Source of the DNA: an uncultured Planctomycetota bacterium | GTDB lineage: Bacteria; Planctomycetota; Planctomycetia; Isosphaerales; Isosphaeraceae | NCBI GenBank assembly: GCA_963737655.1 | Contig: CAVTTN010000002.1 | Location: forward strand, 1,728,001 to 1,792,000 | Direction: 5' to 3' | DNA: 64,000 bases | In this document: piece after piece, positions 1-8,215 of the stretch | Layout of the letters: each line of letters starts with the position of its first letter | Position numbering within the stretch: the first letter of the stretch is position 1 | Notes under the pieces: model-generated | Told to the model about the DNA's origin: nothing | Databases searched by the model: none | Seen by the model: the letters and a program-made list of their open reading frames with translations, nothing else | Position numbers and translations under genes: made by a program

Positions 1-1
1 G

Positions 2-562
2 GTCGCCGCCTCGGCCCCGGCCCCGCCTCCCTCGCCGACCCCTCCGCCCCCGACGGCCGCCGCGCCCCGGGCCACGGTCCTGGTCCAGGTCCCGATCAGC
101 CACTACATCGACCGCTTCCAGAGGCTCCACCATCGCGACCCCTCGCCCGAGGACCTCCGGCCTTACGCGGCGAAGACCGAGGCGTCGATCCGGGCGACCG
201 TCGAGCAGGCGATCCCGGCGGAGTTCGCCTCGATCCTCAAGGTCGATCGCATCGACGACCCCGGGCCCGAGCGGCCGTCGGTGGCCCCGGCCGACGCCGA
301 GTCCCGGAGGGACCGGGCGTGGTGGCCGATCGCGGCCCTGGCCGCTTCGGCCGCCGCGGCGACGTTCGCGGCCGTGACCACCCGGAGGCTCCTGGGCCGA
401 CGGCCCGCGGTCGAGGCCGCCGCCCCGAGCCGGCCCTCGGCCTTCGAGGTCGGCGACTCCGCCGGGCCGGCCGAGAGGGTCCGCGAGCTCGTCCGGCTCG
501 ATCCCTCGGCCGCCTCGGGCGTCCTCCAGCGATGGATCGGGCGGGGAGGGACCGTCGGATGA
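2..562 (+). CDS. fliF: FliF-like MS-ring protein, C-terminal part (5' truncated by window)
   Basis: Open frame from base 2. It has a TM segment (WWPIAALAASAAAATFAAV) and ends ERVRELVRLDPSAASGVLQRWI, resembling the FliF C-terminal FliG-binding helix. Its stop overlaps the fliG-like start (ATGA). Confidence 0.6.
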   Translation, partial: VAASAPAPPPSPTPPPPTAAAPRATVLVQVPISHYIDRFQRLHHRDPSPEDLRPYAAKTEASIRATVEQAIPAEFASILKVDRIDDPGPERPSVAPADAESRRDRAWWPIAALAASAAAATFAAVTTRRLLGRRPAVEAAAPSRPSAFEVGDSAGPAERVRELVRLDPSAASGVLQRWIGRGGTVG

Positions 563-1125
563 CCCCCCGGACCGAACCCGCGCCCTCCTCGGCGATCCCC
601 TCGGCCTCGCCCCCGGCCGCCGAGACCGACCCCCTGCGGAAGGCGGCCATCCTGGTCGTCAGCCTGGAGCAGCCGCTGGCCTCGCAGCTCCTCGCGCACC
701 TGGACCGCTCGGCCGTCGAGGCGGTCACCCTGGAGATCGCCCGGCTCGATCGGATCGCCCCGGCCGAACAACGTGCCGTCCTTGAGGAGTTTTACGGCCT
801 GGGCCTCCGTCGGCTCCGATTTGTGTTCGACGACCTGGTGAGGCTGGACGATATAGATCTCAGGGAAGCGTTCCACGACGAGGACGCGCCGGCCTGGGCG
901 GTGGCCCTGGCCGGGGCCTCGTCTCCGGTCCGGGCCAAGGTCCTCTCGGCCCTGGCGCCCGGGTCGGCCGCCGCCCTGAGGCGGGCCCTGGACGGGATCG
1001 GGCCGTTCCGGCTCGACGACGCCGAGGCCGCCCAGGCCGAGCTGGCCGAGCGCTTCCGCCGGCTCCACGACCACGGCCGGATCACGCTACCAGACCCCGA
1101 CGGTCGGGAGGAGATCCTTGTCTGA
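559..1125 (+). CDS. fliG: Shortened FliG-like protein (FliG_N joined to FliG_C, no middle domain)
   Basis: LRKAAILVVSL (FliG N-terminus), then FVFDDLVRLDD...GPFRLDDAEAAQ (FliG_C); about 188 aa. Confidence 0.8.
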   Translation: MTPRTEPAPSSAIPSASPPAAETDPLRKAAILVVSLEQPLASQLLAHLDRSAVEAVTLEIARLDRIAPAEQRAVLEEFYGLGLRRLRFVFDDLVRLDDIDLREAFHDEDAPAWAVALAGASSPVRAKVLSALAPGSAAALRRALDGIGPFRLDDAEAAQAELAERFRRLHDHGRITLPDPDGREEILV

Positions 1126-1426
1126 CCTCGTCGATTTCGAAGACCTCGGGCAGCTCGACGGCGGCGACCTGAGGGCCGTGTTCGGCCAGGTGAGCCTCGA
1201 TCAGGTCCTCGCGGCCCTGATCGGGACCACCCCGGCCTTCCGCCAACAACTCCTGACGAAGCTCGCGCCGGCCTCCGCCGTCAAGCTGGAGAGCCGGGTC
1301 AAGACCCACGGCCCGGTGGCGTTCGCCACCGTCCAGGCCGCCCAGCGCGACCTGGTCGAGGCCCTCTGCCGCCTCAGCCGGGGCGGGCAGGTCGCCTTCG
1401 ACGACCCGGCCGACATGGTGGCCTGA
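1118..1426 (+). CDS. Stand-alone FliG C-terminal-domain protein
   Basis: VDFEDLGQLDGGDLRAVF...GPVAFATVQAAQRDLVEALCRL. TTG start with GGAGGAG RBS. Confidence 0.75.
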   Translation: MSDLVDFEDLGQLDGGDLRAVFGQVSLDQVLAALIGTTPAFRQQLLTKLAPASAVKLESRVKTHGPVAFATVQAAQRDLVEALCRLSRGGQVAFDDPADMVA

Positions 1427-1754
1427 CCGACCGCGACCCTCGGGCCGGCCTTCCGCCGCCCTCTCCCCCGCTTGCTTCGGGGGAGAGGGTCTACCAGGGC
1501 CTCACGACCACCCCTCCCCGGGGATCGTCCGGGGCCGTTTCCTCCTCGGTGGGCGATTCTTCCGAGGGGTTTGGGGCGGCACGGGTTCCGTCCTCGGAAT
1601 CCGTGCCGCCCCAAATGCTTCCGGCCGAGAACCTCTCGGAAAAGGAAACGGCCCCGGGGGATCGTCGAACCGCTCTGGACGCGCCCTCCGAATCGTGTAC
1701 CCTGACGCCGCCGGTCGTCCCGGAGGGCCTCGGGTGATGCGACAAGGAGCGTCG

Positions 1755-2234
1755 ATGCCGCGTACGATCTCGCGACTCGCGGCGGCCGTCTGCGTCTTTT
1801 CGACGAGCTGGGGCCTCGGCCCGGGCCCTCGGGCCTCGGCCGACGAGCCGGCGCCGACGGTCGCCCTGCCGAACCCCTCGCGCCATCCCACGTCGCGACC
1901 CGTCGGCGGGAAGCCGGGGGCCTCGACCGGCTCGGGCGGCTTCTGGCTCGGCTCGGCCGGGGTGGCGGTCGCGTTGGCGGCCTTCGGAGGACTCAGCCTG
2001 GCGACGAAGAAGCTCCGCCCCTCCGGCGGCGACTCCCCCACGCTCCGCGTGGTCGGCCGGGCCGGGTTGTCGCCGAAGCACAGCGTTTATCTCCTCCGGG
2101 TCGGCGATCGCGTCCTGATCGTCGGCGCCGGGGGCCAGGGGCCGCCGTCGCTCCTGGGCGAGATCACCGACTCGAACGCCCTCGGCCGGCTGATCCCCGA
2201 TCGCTCGCCCGGCGGGGCCGGAGGCTCGTCATGA
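1755..2234 (+). CDS. fliO: FliO/FliZ-family export chaperone
   Basis: TM helix, then LRVVGRAGLSPKHSVYLLRVGDRVLIVG. AAGGAG RBS; directly upstream of fliP. Confidence 0.8.
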   Translation: MPRTISRLAAAVCVFSTSWGLGPGPRASADEPAPTVALPNPSRHPTSRPVGGKPGASTGSGGFWLGSAGVAVALAAFGGLSLATKKLRPSGGDSPTLRVVGRAGLSPKHSVYLLRVGDRVLIVGAGGQGPPSLLGEITDSNALGRLIPDRSPGGAGGSS

Positions 2235-3073
2235 AACGCCCCGGCCTGGCCGTGGGGCTGGCCCTGGTCGCCGTCGTCCTGATCGCCGGGGCCGACTCGC
2301 CCCGGGACGGGGATCGCGACGGTGACGGCGGGAAGGTCGCCCTCTCGGACTTCTCCGACATCCGGATCCCGCCCAGGCCCGAGCCCGTCTCGGCGCCGAC
2401 GGCCGCCGTCCCCGCGCCTCCTCCGGTGGCCGCGTCGATCCAGACCGTCGTCCTGTTCGCGTTGATCTCGCTCGCCCCGGCCGCCGCGCTGATGGTCACG
2501 GCCTTTGTGAGGATCAGCGTCGTCCTGACGCTCCTCCGCCAGGCGCTGGGCAGCCCCCAGGTCCCGGGCAATCAGGTGTTGATGGCCGTGGCGCTGCTGC
2601 TGACGGCCCTGGTGATGCGCCCGGTCGCCGAATCGGTGTATGAACGGGGGATCAAGCCGTATTCCGAGGGCCGGCTCGAACCGATCCCGGCGTGGGAGGC
2701 CGGCACCGGCCCGATCAAGGATTTCATGATCGAACAGATCTGCCGGACCCACCACGAACGCTACCTCTGGGAGCTGTACGACCGCACCAATCCCCCGGCC
2801 GGCACCCCGGAGCCGACGGACTGCTCGCAGTTCTCGCTCGGGGTGGTCGCCCCGGCGTTCCTCCTCAGCGAGCTGACGACCGCCCTGTTCATCGGCTTCG
2901 CGATCTACTTGCCGTTCCTGGTGATCGACCTGGTGGTCTCGGCCGTGCTCTCGGCGATGGGCCTGTTCATGATGCCGCCGTCGCTCGTGGCGCTGCCCCT
3001 GAAGCTCATCCTCTTCGCCCTGGCCGACGGCTGGATGCTCGTCGCCGGGATGCTCTTGAGGAGCTTCCTGTAG
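2231..3073 (+). CDS. fliP: Export gate protein FliP (SctR family)
   Basis: MVTAFVRISVVLTLLRQALG...PGNQVL, PAFLLSEL, YLPFLVIDLVVSAVLSAMGLFMMPP, PLKLILFALADGW. Confidence 0.95.
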   Translation: MKRPGLAVGLALVAVVLIAGADSPRDGDRDGDGGKVALSDFSDIRIPPRPEPVSAPTAAVPAPPPVAASIQTVVLFALISLAPAAALMVTAFVRISVVLTLLRQALGSPQVPGNQVLMAVALLLTALVMRPVAESVYERGIKPYSEGRLEPIPAWEAGTGPIKDFMIEQICRTHHERYLWELYDRTNPPAGTPEPTDCSQFSLGVVAPAFLLSELTTALFIGFAIYLPFLVIDLVVSAVLSAMGLFMMPPSLVALPLKLILFALADGWMLVAGMLLRSFL

Positions 3074-3201
3074 GGTGCATGAAATGCACCAGTCTGGATT
3101 CTTTGGTTTTGCAAGATCTGCATCGGAAGGGCGGCCCGGGGCCGCCGGGTGCCTGGTGCATTTCATGCACCCTACATGACGGTGCATTTCATGCACCCTA
3201 C
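3070..3201. repeat. GTAG-type REP cluster, family A (GTAGGGTGCATGAAATGCACC), 3 copies
   Basis: Copies at 3070-3090 (+), 3155-3175 (-) and 3181-3201 (-). Each has an internal GGTGCAT/ATGCACC palindrome. Confidence 0.85.
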
Positions 3202-3210
3202 GGGGGATTC

Positions 3211-3471
3211 ATGGATACGGTCATCGACTGGTCGCGGGAAGCCGTCCGGATGGCCTTGCTTCTCGGCGGGCCGATCCTGCTGGCGGCGCTGGTGGTGGGC
3301 CTGGTGGTGGGCGTGGTCCAGGCCGTGACCCAGATGCATGAGCCGGTCGTCGGCCAGGTGCCCCGGCTGATCGCCGTGGCGGTGGTCGTGTTGCTGGCCC
3401 TGCCGTGGCTGATGGCGACGTGGGTCGGCTACGCGAGCGAGTTGATCGGCTCGATCCCGGACCGTCTCTGA
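3211..3471 (+). CDS. fliQ: Export gate protein FliQ (SctS family)
   Basis: 86 aa; LLLGGPILLAALVVGLVVGVVQAVTQMHE...VPRL; lies between fliP and fliR. Confidence 0.92.
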   Translation: MDTVIDWSREAVRMALLLGGPILLAALVVGLVVGVVQAVTQMHEPVVGQVPRLIAVAVVVLLALPWLMATWVGYASELIGSIPDRL

Positions 3472-3490
3472 GGCGAGGGAGCGTCTGCCG

Positions 3491-4264
3491 ATGGGCCGGA
3501 CCCTCGACTTCTTGCTGGCGATCGCGGCCGACCGCGCCGGCGATTACGCGCTGATCGCGGCGAGGGTGGGCGGCCTGGTGGCGACGGCGCCCGGGTTCGG
3601 CACGTCGGCCCTGGGCTGGCGGGTCCGCGTGGGCCTGGCGATCGTCTTGACGCTGGCCGTCGCCCCGGCCGTGGGGCCGATCGCCACCCGGCCGGCGGGC
3701 TTCGAGGCGATCGCCCGGCTCGCCCTCGGCGAATTCGGCCTGGGGGCGGCCCTGGGGATCATCGCGGGCCTGGTGATCGCCGGGGCGAGGCAGGCCGGAG
3801 ACCTCGTCGGGATGCAAGCCGGCCTCGCGCCGGCCAGCCTGATCGACCCCGAGGCCGGCGACGACCTGAACCCGCTGGGCCACCTGTACGGAGGCCTGGC
3901 CCTGGGCGTGTTCCTCGCGATGGACGGCCCGCTCGTCCTCGTCGGCTCGCTCGTCGAGAGCTACCGGGCGATGGGCGTCGGCGAGGTCGAGCTCTCGGCC
4001 GAGACGGTCGATCGGGCGTTCGCCCGGATCGGCTGGGGCCTGTCCCTGGCGATCCGGGCCGCCGCCCCGGCCGCCCTGGCGATGGCCATCGCCGGGGCCG
4101 CCCTCGGCCTGCTCGGCCGGGCGGCGCCGTCTCTGGGCCTGATCAGCCTGAGCATGCCGGCGAGGATCGCCCTCGGCCTGGTCCTGGCGATGATGGGCCT
4201 GGCGGCCCTCGCCGGGGTGTTCGAATCCGCGTGGATGGACGCCCTGCGGTTCGGGACCGGATAG
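3491..4264 (+). CDS. fliR: Export gate protein FliR (SctT family)
   Basis: ARVGGLVATAPGFG, GEFGLG...AGDLVGMQAGL, FLAMDG...LVESY. Confidence 0.9.
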   Translation: MGRTLDFLLAIAADRAGDYALIAARVGGLVATAPGFGTSALGWRVRVGLAIVLTLAVAPAVGPIATRPAGFEAIARLALGEFGLGAALGIIAGLVIAGARQAGDLVGMQAGLAPASLIDPEAGDDLNPLGHLYGGLALGVFLAMDGPLVLVGSLVESYRAMGVGEVELSAETVDRAFARIGWGLSLAIRAAAPAALAMAIAGAALGLLGRAAPSLGLISLSMPARIALGLVLAMMGLAALAGVFESAWMDALRFGTG

Positions 4265-4294
4265 GGCGGTTTTCGATGGCTTTCGATGGCTTTC

Positions 4295-4363
4295 GTAGGG
4301 TCCGCTCTTGCGGACCTCCCGGCGGCTTCTCGGATCGAAGAGGTCCGCATTAGCGGACCCTAC
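4295..4363. repeat. GTAG-type REP doublet, family B (GTAGGGTCCGCTCTTGCGGACC)
   Basis: Inverted pair at 4295-4316 and 4342-4363. Confidence 0.8.
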
Positions 4364-4398
4364 AAAAACCTTGGCCAACCGTCCTGAGAGGAGCCGCC

Positions 4399-5463
4399 AT
4401 GTCCGAAGACCGGACCCAGGCGCCTTCGGCCCGCCGTCGGCAGGAAGCCCGGGAGATGGGCGTGGTCGCCCGGAGCTCGGAGCTGACCGCCGCCGTGGGG
4501 CTGCTCGCGGCCGTGGCCTTGCTCGGGGCGTTCGGCGAATCGCTCGGCTCGGGCCTCGTCAACCTCGTCCGAGGCCCGTTCGTCGAGGGATCGATCCCTC
4601 CGTCCGACCCGTCGGCCGTCGTGGCGAGCGTCCGAGCGGCATCGGGGAAGGTCTTCGGCCCCCTGATCGGCCTCCTCGGCGGGACCGTCCTGGCGATGGT
4701 CGCGGCCCATCAGGCGCAGGTCGGCGGGATCTTCACGCCGGGCCGCCTCGCCCCGGACTTCACCCGGCTGATGCCCTCCTCCGACGGCGGCTTCCTCGCC
4801 CGAGGGGGTCGCGGCCTCTGGGGCCTGGCCAAGGCGGTCGTCGTCGTGGCCGTGGCGGCGTGGGCGATCCGGTCGCGAGGCCCCGAGCTCGCCCGCCTCG
4901 GCCATCTCGACCCGCCCGCCCTGATCTCGGCCGCCGGATCGATCGTCCGAAGCCTGTTCTTCGCGCTGGGGGTCGCCACGCTGGCCCTGGGCCTGATCGA
5001 CCTGGCGATCCAGAGGGCGAGGGTCGAGGCCCTCCTGCGGACGACCCCTCAGGAGCAGCGCGAGGACCAGAAAGCCATCGACGGCGACCCCGCCGTGAAG
5101 GCCCGCCGCCACCGCCTGGCGAAATCCTGGAGGAGCGACCCGGGGGAGATCCTCGCCGGGGCGTCGCTGGTCCTGACCGGCCCGGGGAACCTCGCCGTGG
5201 TCCTCGCCGGAGGTCCCCCGCCGGGCCGGATCACCGTCCGGGGCTCGGCCCGGGGAGGCTCGGGCGCGACCCTCGCCAAAGCGGCGAAAAAGGCCGGGAT
5301 CGGCACGATCGACGCCCCCGGGCTCGCCCGCCACTTCGCCCGAGGCGCCTCGGCCGGGCCGGCCCTGCCTCCCGAACTCGACGCCGAACTCACCCGGCTG
5401 TGGGTTCGCCGGGCCTCGGAGGGGCCGCCGAGGAGTCCAGCCGTGGCTCCGGATCGTCTCTAG
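4399..5463 (+). CDS. flhB: FlhB/EscU/YscU export switch protein, divergent
   Basis: MSEDRTQAPSARRRQEAREMGVVARSSEL N-terminus; TPQEQREDQKAIDGDPAVKARR; the NPTH position reads GPGN. Confidence 0.9.
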   Translation: MSEDRTQAPSARRRQEAREMGVVARSSELTAAVGLLAAVALLGAFGESLGSGLVNLVRGPFVEGSIPPSDPSAVVASVRAASGKVFGPLIGLLGGTVLAMVAAHQAQVGGIFTPGRLAPDFTRLMPSSDGGFLARGGRGLWGLAKAVVVVAVAAWAIRSRGPELARLGHLDPPALISAAGSIVRSLFFALGVATLALGLIDLAIQRARVEALLRTTPQEQREDQKAIDGDPAVKARRHRLAKSWRSDPGEILAGASLVLTGPGNLAVVLAGGPPPGRITVRGSARGGSGATLAKAAKKAGIGTIDAPGLARHFARGASAGPALPPELDAELTRLWVRRASEGPPRSPAVAPDRL

Positions 5464-5483
5464 CGGGGTCGAGGGCGGTTCCT

Positions 5484-5567
5484 GTAGGTTCCGCTCTTGC
5501 GGACCTCTTCGATTCGATGAGCTGCCATGAGAGGAGATGCGAAGAGGTCCGCAAGGGCGGACCCCAC
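5484..5567. repeat. REP doublet, family B
   Basis: GTAGGTTCCGCTCTTGCGGACC at 5484-5505 and an inverted copy at 5546-5567. Confidence 0.8.
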
Positions 5568-5589
5568 AAGAACCGCTGAGAGAGCCACG

Positions 5590-6021
5590 ATGTTCGGGAT
5601 CTACGACGACCAGGGAATCCGCTTCGAGTACCCGCCGGGCTGGGAGGTCGAGGTCACCGACGACGGCCCCCGCCGGGTCATCGCGATCGAGTCGCCCGAC
5701 GGACCGGCGTTCGCCATGATCACCGTGGACGAAAACCGCCTCGCCCCGGCCGACATGGCCGACGAGGCCCTGGCCGCCATGCGGGACGAATACCCCACGC
5801 TCGAAGCCGTCCCCGCGCTGGACTCGATCGACGGCCAGAACGCGGTGGGCTTCGACGTCGAGTTCTTCAGCCTGGACATGCTCAACGCCTGCTCGATCCG
5901 CTGCTTCCGAACGCCGAGGCGGACCGTCCTGATCTTCGGCCAGTGGATGGAAGACGACGAGGACGACCCCGGGGCGGCCATCGCGGCGATCGCCCGCTCG
6001 ATCGAGGAGACCGACGCCTGA
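5590..6021 (+). CDS. Hypothetical protein (possibly PsbP/Mog1-like fold)
   Basis: Acidic 143-aa ORF with GC3-biased codons; GIRFEYPPGWEV N-terminus. Confidence 0.65.
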   Translation: MFGIYDDQGIRFEYPPGWEVEVTDDGPRRVIAIESPDGPAFAMITVDENRLAPADMADEALAAMRDEYPTLEAVPALDSIDGQNAVGFDVEFFSLDMLNACSIRCFRTPRRTVLIFGQWMEDDEDDPGAAIAAIARSIEETDA

Positions 6022-6022
6022 A

Positions 6023-6063
6023 TCGGTCGATCGGTTACAATGCCGTCAGGGCCGACCGACCGA
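6023..6063 (+). promoter_or_regulatory. -10 element (TACAAT) bracketed by an imperfect 12-bp inverted repeat, upstream of TA operon
   Basis: TACAAT at 6036-6041; arms TCGGTCGATCGG 6023-6034 and CCGACCGACCGA 6052-6063. Confidence 0.45.
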
Positions 6064-6076
6064 CGGAGGGACGACG

Positions 6077-6412
6077 ATGGCTTCGGCGACCACCCCGCAG
6101 ATCCGCCTGGACGACCGGGGCCGGGCGGTGATCGACGACACCCGCATGAAGGTGAAGATGCTGGTGCTCTCCCGGATCGCCCACGGCTGGGGGATCGACG
6201 AGTTGCAGACTCAATATCCCCACCTCTCCCGAGAGCAGGTCGAGGCGGCCCTGGTCTACTACGACGCCCATCGCGCCGAGATGGACGCCGAGATCGAACG
6301 GGAATATCGGGAGGTGCAGGAGCTGCGGGCCCGGCAATCCCCGAAACAGCCGACGCGGGAGGAACTGGTCGCCAGGTTGGAGGCGATGCGGGCCTCGGGC
6401 AAGCGGCCGTGA
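6077..6412 (+). CDS. DUF433-family antitoxin
   Basis: GRAVIDDTRMKV...GWGIDELQTQYPHLSREQVEAALVYY. Confidence 0.85.
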   Translation: MASATTPQIRLDDRGRAVIDDTRMKVKMLVLSRIAHGWGIDELQTQYPHLSREQVEAALVYYDAHRAEMDAEIEREYREVQELRARQSPKQPTREELVARLEAMRASGKRP

Positions 6413-6756
6413 GCGTGGCCTTCTACCTCGATCACAACGTCGATCGCGCCGTGGCCGAGGGGTTGCGACTCCGGGGGGTGGACGTCCTGACCGCCCTGGA
6501 GGATGGGACCACGACCCTGGCCGACCCGGACCTCCTGGATCGCGCCTCCGCCCTCGGTCGGGTCATCGTGACCCATGACCAGGACTTTCTCCGGGAAGGT
6601 CCGGCTCGTCAGCGAACGGGCCGGACCTTCGCCGGCATCCTGTACGCGCACCAGCTCGACGTCTCGCTTGGCCGACTGATCGACGACCTCGAATTGATCG
6701 CGCAGGCCCAATCGCCCGAAGATTACGCGGGTCGAGTCCGCTACTTGCCTCTGTGA
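6409..6756 (+). CDS. DUF5615 PIN-like toxin
   Basis: FYLDHNV...LRLRGVDV...DPDLLDRA...[13 protein letters not shown] overlap with the antitoxin. Confidence 0.85.
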   Translation: MSVAFYLDHNVDRAVAEGLRLRGVDVLTALEDGTTTLADPDLLDRASALGRVIVTHDQDFLREGPARQRTGRTFAGILYAHQLDVSLGRLIDDLELIAQAQSPEDYAGRVRYLPL

Positions 6757-6799
6757 CGCGGATAACGCTCGCCCTCTCTTGAGCCGGCCCGGGCCCGGG

Positions 6800-7963
6800 T
6801 CACGGGGTGAGCGACCCCGCCGGGAACATGGTTCCGATTCGGGGGCAGTTCTCGTCGAGCAGCGCGTCGATGTTCGCGAGCTCCAGCGACTTGCCGTAGG
6901 CCCGGAGCTTGTCGCGGGTGATGTCGCGGACGAACGGGATGTTCGAGACCGCCTGGAGCTTGATCCACCCGGTCAGCCAGCCCTGCTCGAAACTCTTTTG
7001 CAGGGGGTCCTTTTCGACGTTCGGCAGGTCGGCGATCCGCACGACGTCCACATTTTTCAGCAGGACCGGGGCGTCCTTGTCTACGTCCTTGGCGGTCAGG
7101 ACCAGGGTCTTGTCCACGACCTGGGCCGGGTCGAAGCTGGCGTCGAAGGTGTCGTCGTCGGTGTCCACCGCCGTCCTCCAGGCCTCGATCTGCTGGGCGA
7201 CGACGAGCATCTCCTGCATGACCCGCTCGTTGATGGCGTTCTGCCACTGCAAGGGGTTGGCGGGGATGGCCTTGATGGACGCCGGGCGCAGGGTCGCGCC
7301 GGCGGGGCCTCGGACCGCGAACTTGGACAGGTCCTTGATCCCGTCGATCAGGAAGATGGCCTTCGCGCCCTTCATGTCCGCGTCGCTGGTCCCGAGCTTC
7401 CTCATGGCGTTGCCGACCGTCGAGCCGGCCAGGGCGCCGACGCCCCCGCCGATGAACGCCAGGGCCAGCCCCAGCAGCATGTCCTCGGCGAGCTTGACCG
7501 TGGCGTCGATGTCCTTCAGGACCTTGTTGTGCGCCTCGAACGCGTTGCCGTAGGCGAGGGAGATGCTGCTGAGCCATCCGCTGATGTGGATCTGGGCGAT
7601 CTGCACCTTGGCCACGGCGGTGTTGCACCGGGCGACGAACTGGGCCTTGGCCTCCGCCGTGCGGACGAAGAGGACCTGGGCGCCGATCTTCCGGGCCTCG
7701 GCCTTCAGGTCGAACGTCCCGGCCTGCATGTGCGCCTTGCCGGTCGCGCCGTGGGGGTCCAGGGGCACGTTCCATTCTTCCCACGTCTTGGACCCGGTCC
7801 ACCGGGTGACCAGCTTCCCGTTGTCGATCTTCCAGGAGCCGGCGCCGGTCATCCCGTTGAGCGGGTCGCTCCAGTTCACGGCCCCCTGCGCGGTGAAGTT
7901 GTAGATCCAGTTCCATTGCTGGACGTGGACGTTCCAGCTGGAATCCGTCATGGTTTGCAGCAC
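6800..7963 (-). CDS. Hypothetical protein with Trp-rich N-terminal domain and central Gly-rich hydrophobic segment
   Basis: 387-aa ORF with coding-like codon bias and GGGGAGG RBS; no family recognised. Confidence 0.75.
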   Translation of the reverse strand: MLQTMTDSSWNVHVQQWNWIYNFTAQGAVNWSDPLNGMTGAGSWKIDNGKLVTRWTGSKTWEEWNVPLDPHGATGKAHMQAGTFDLKAEARKIGAQVLFVRTAEAKAQFVARCNTAVAKVQIAQIHISGWLSSISLAYGNAFEAHNKVLKDIDATVKLAEDMLLGLALAFIGGGVGALAGSTVGNAMRKLGTSDADMKGAKAIFLIDGIKDLSKFAVRGPAGATLRPASIKAIPANPLQWQNAINERVMQEMLVVAQQIEAWRTAVDTDDDTFDASFDPAQVVDKTLVLTAKDVDKDAPVLLKNVDVVRIADLPNVEKDPLQKSFEQGWLTGWIKLQAVSNIPFVRDITRDKLRAYGKSLELANIDALLDENCPRIGTMFPAGSLTP

Positions 7964-8215
7964 GGCGATCCTCCCCTTACCGTCCGTCCGATCGCGAGCC
8001 CCTCGCCACCGGAGGCCGGACGATCCGCCCGGGCGGAGGATTTCGAAGTCTCATTCATTCCAAGAACGAGCACCTCGCCCGGTTATTCCTCCGAATGATC
8101 CATGATTCCGAAAAAGCCCAACTCGCCCGGAGGGTCCGGGCGGGGCGGAGGGCGGAGTCGATCGAAGTCCGGCCGACCCGGGACGTTCGTCGGGTCGGCG
8201 AGCTTGCGTCATCCA

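Noticed and set aside
559..1426. fliG split by a sequencing frameshift
   Set aside because: Both ORFs contain FliG_C and the second has its own RBS, so joining them does not restore a canonical FliG.
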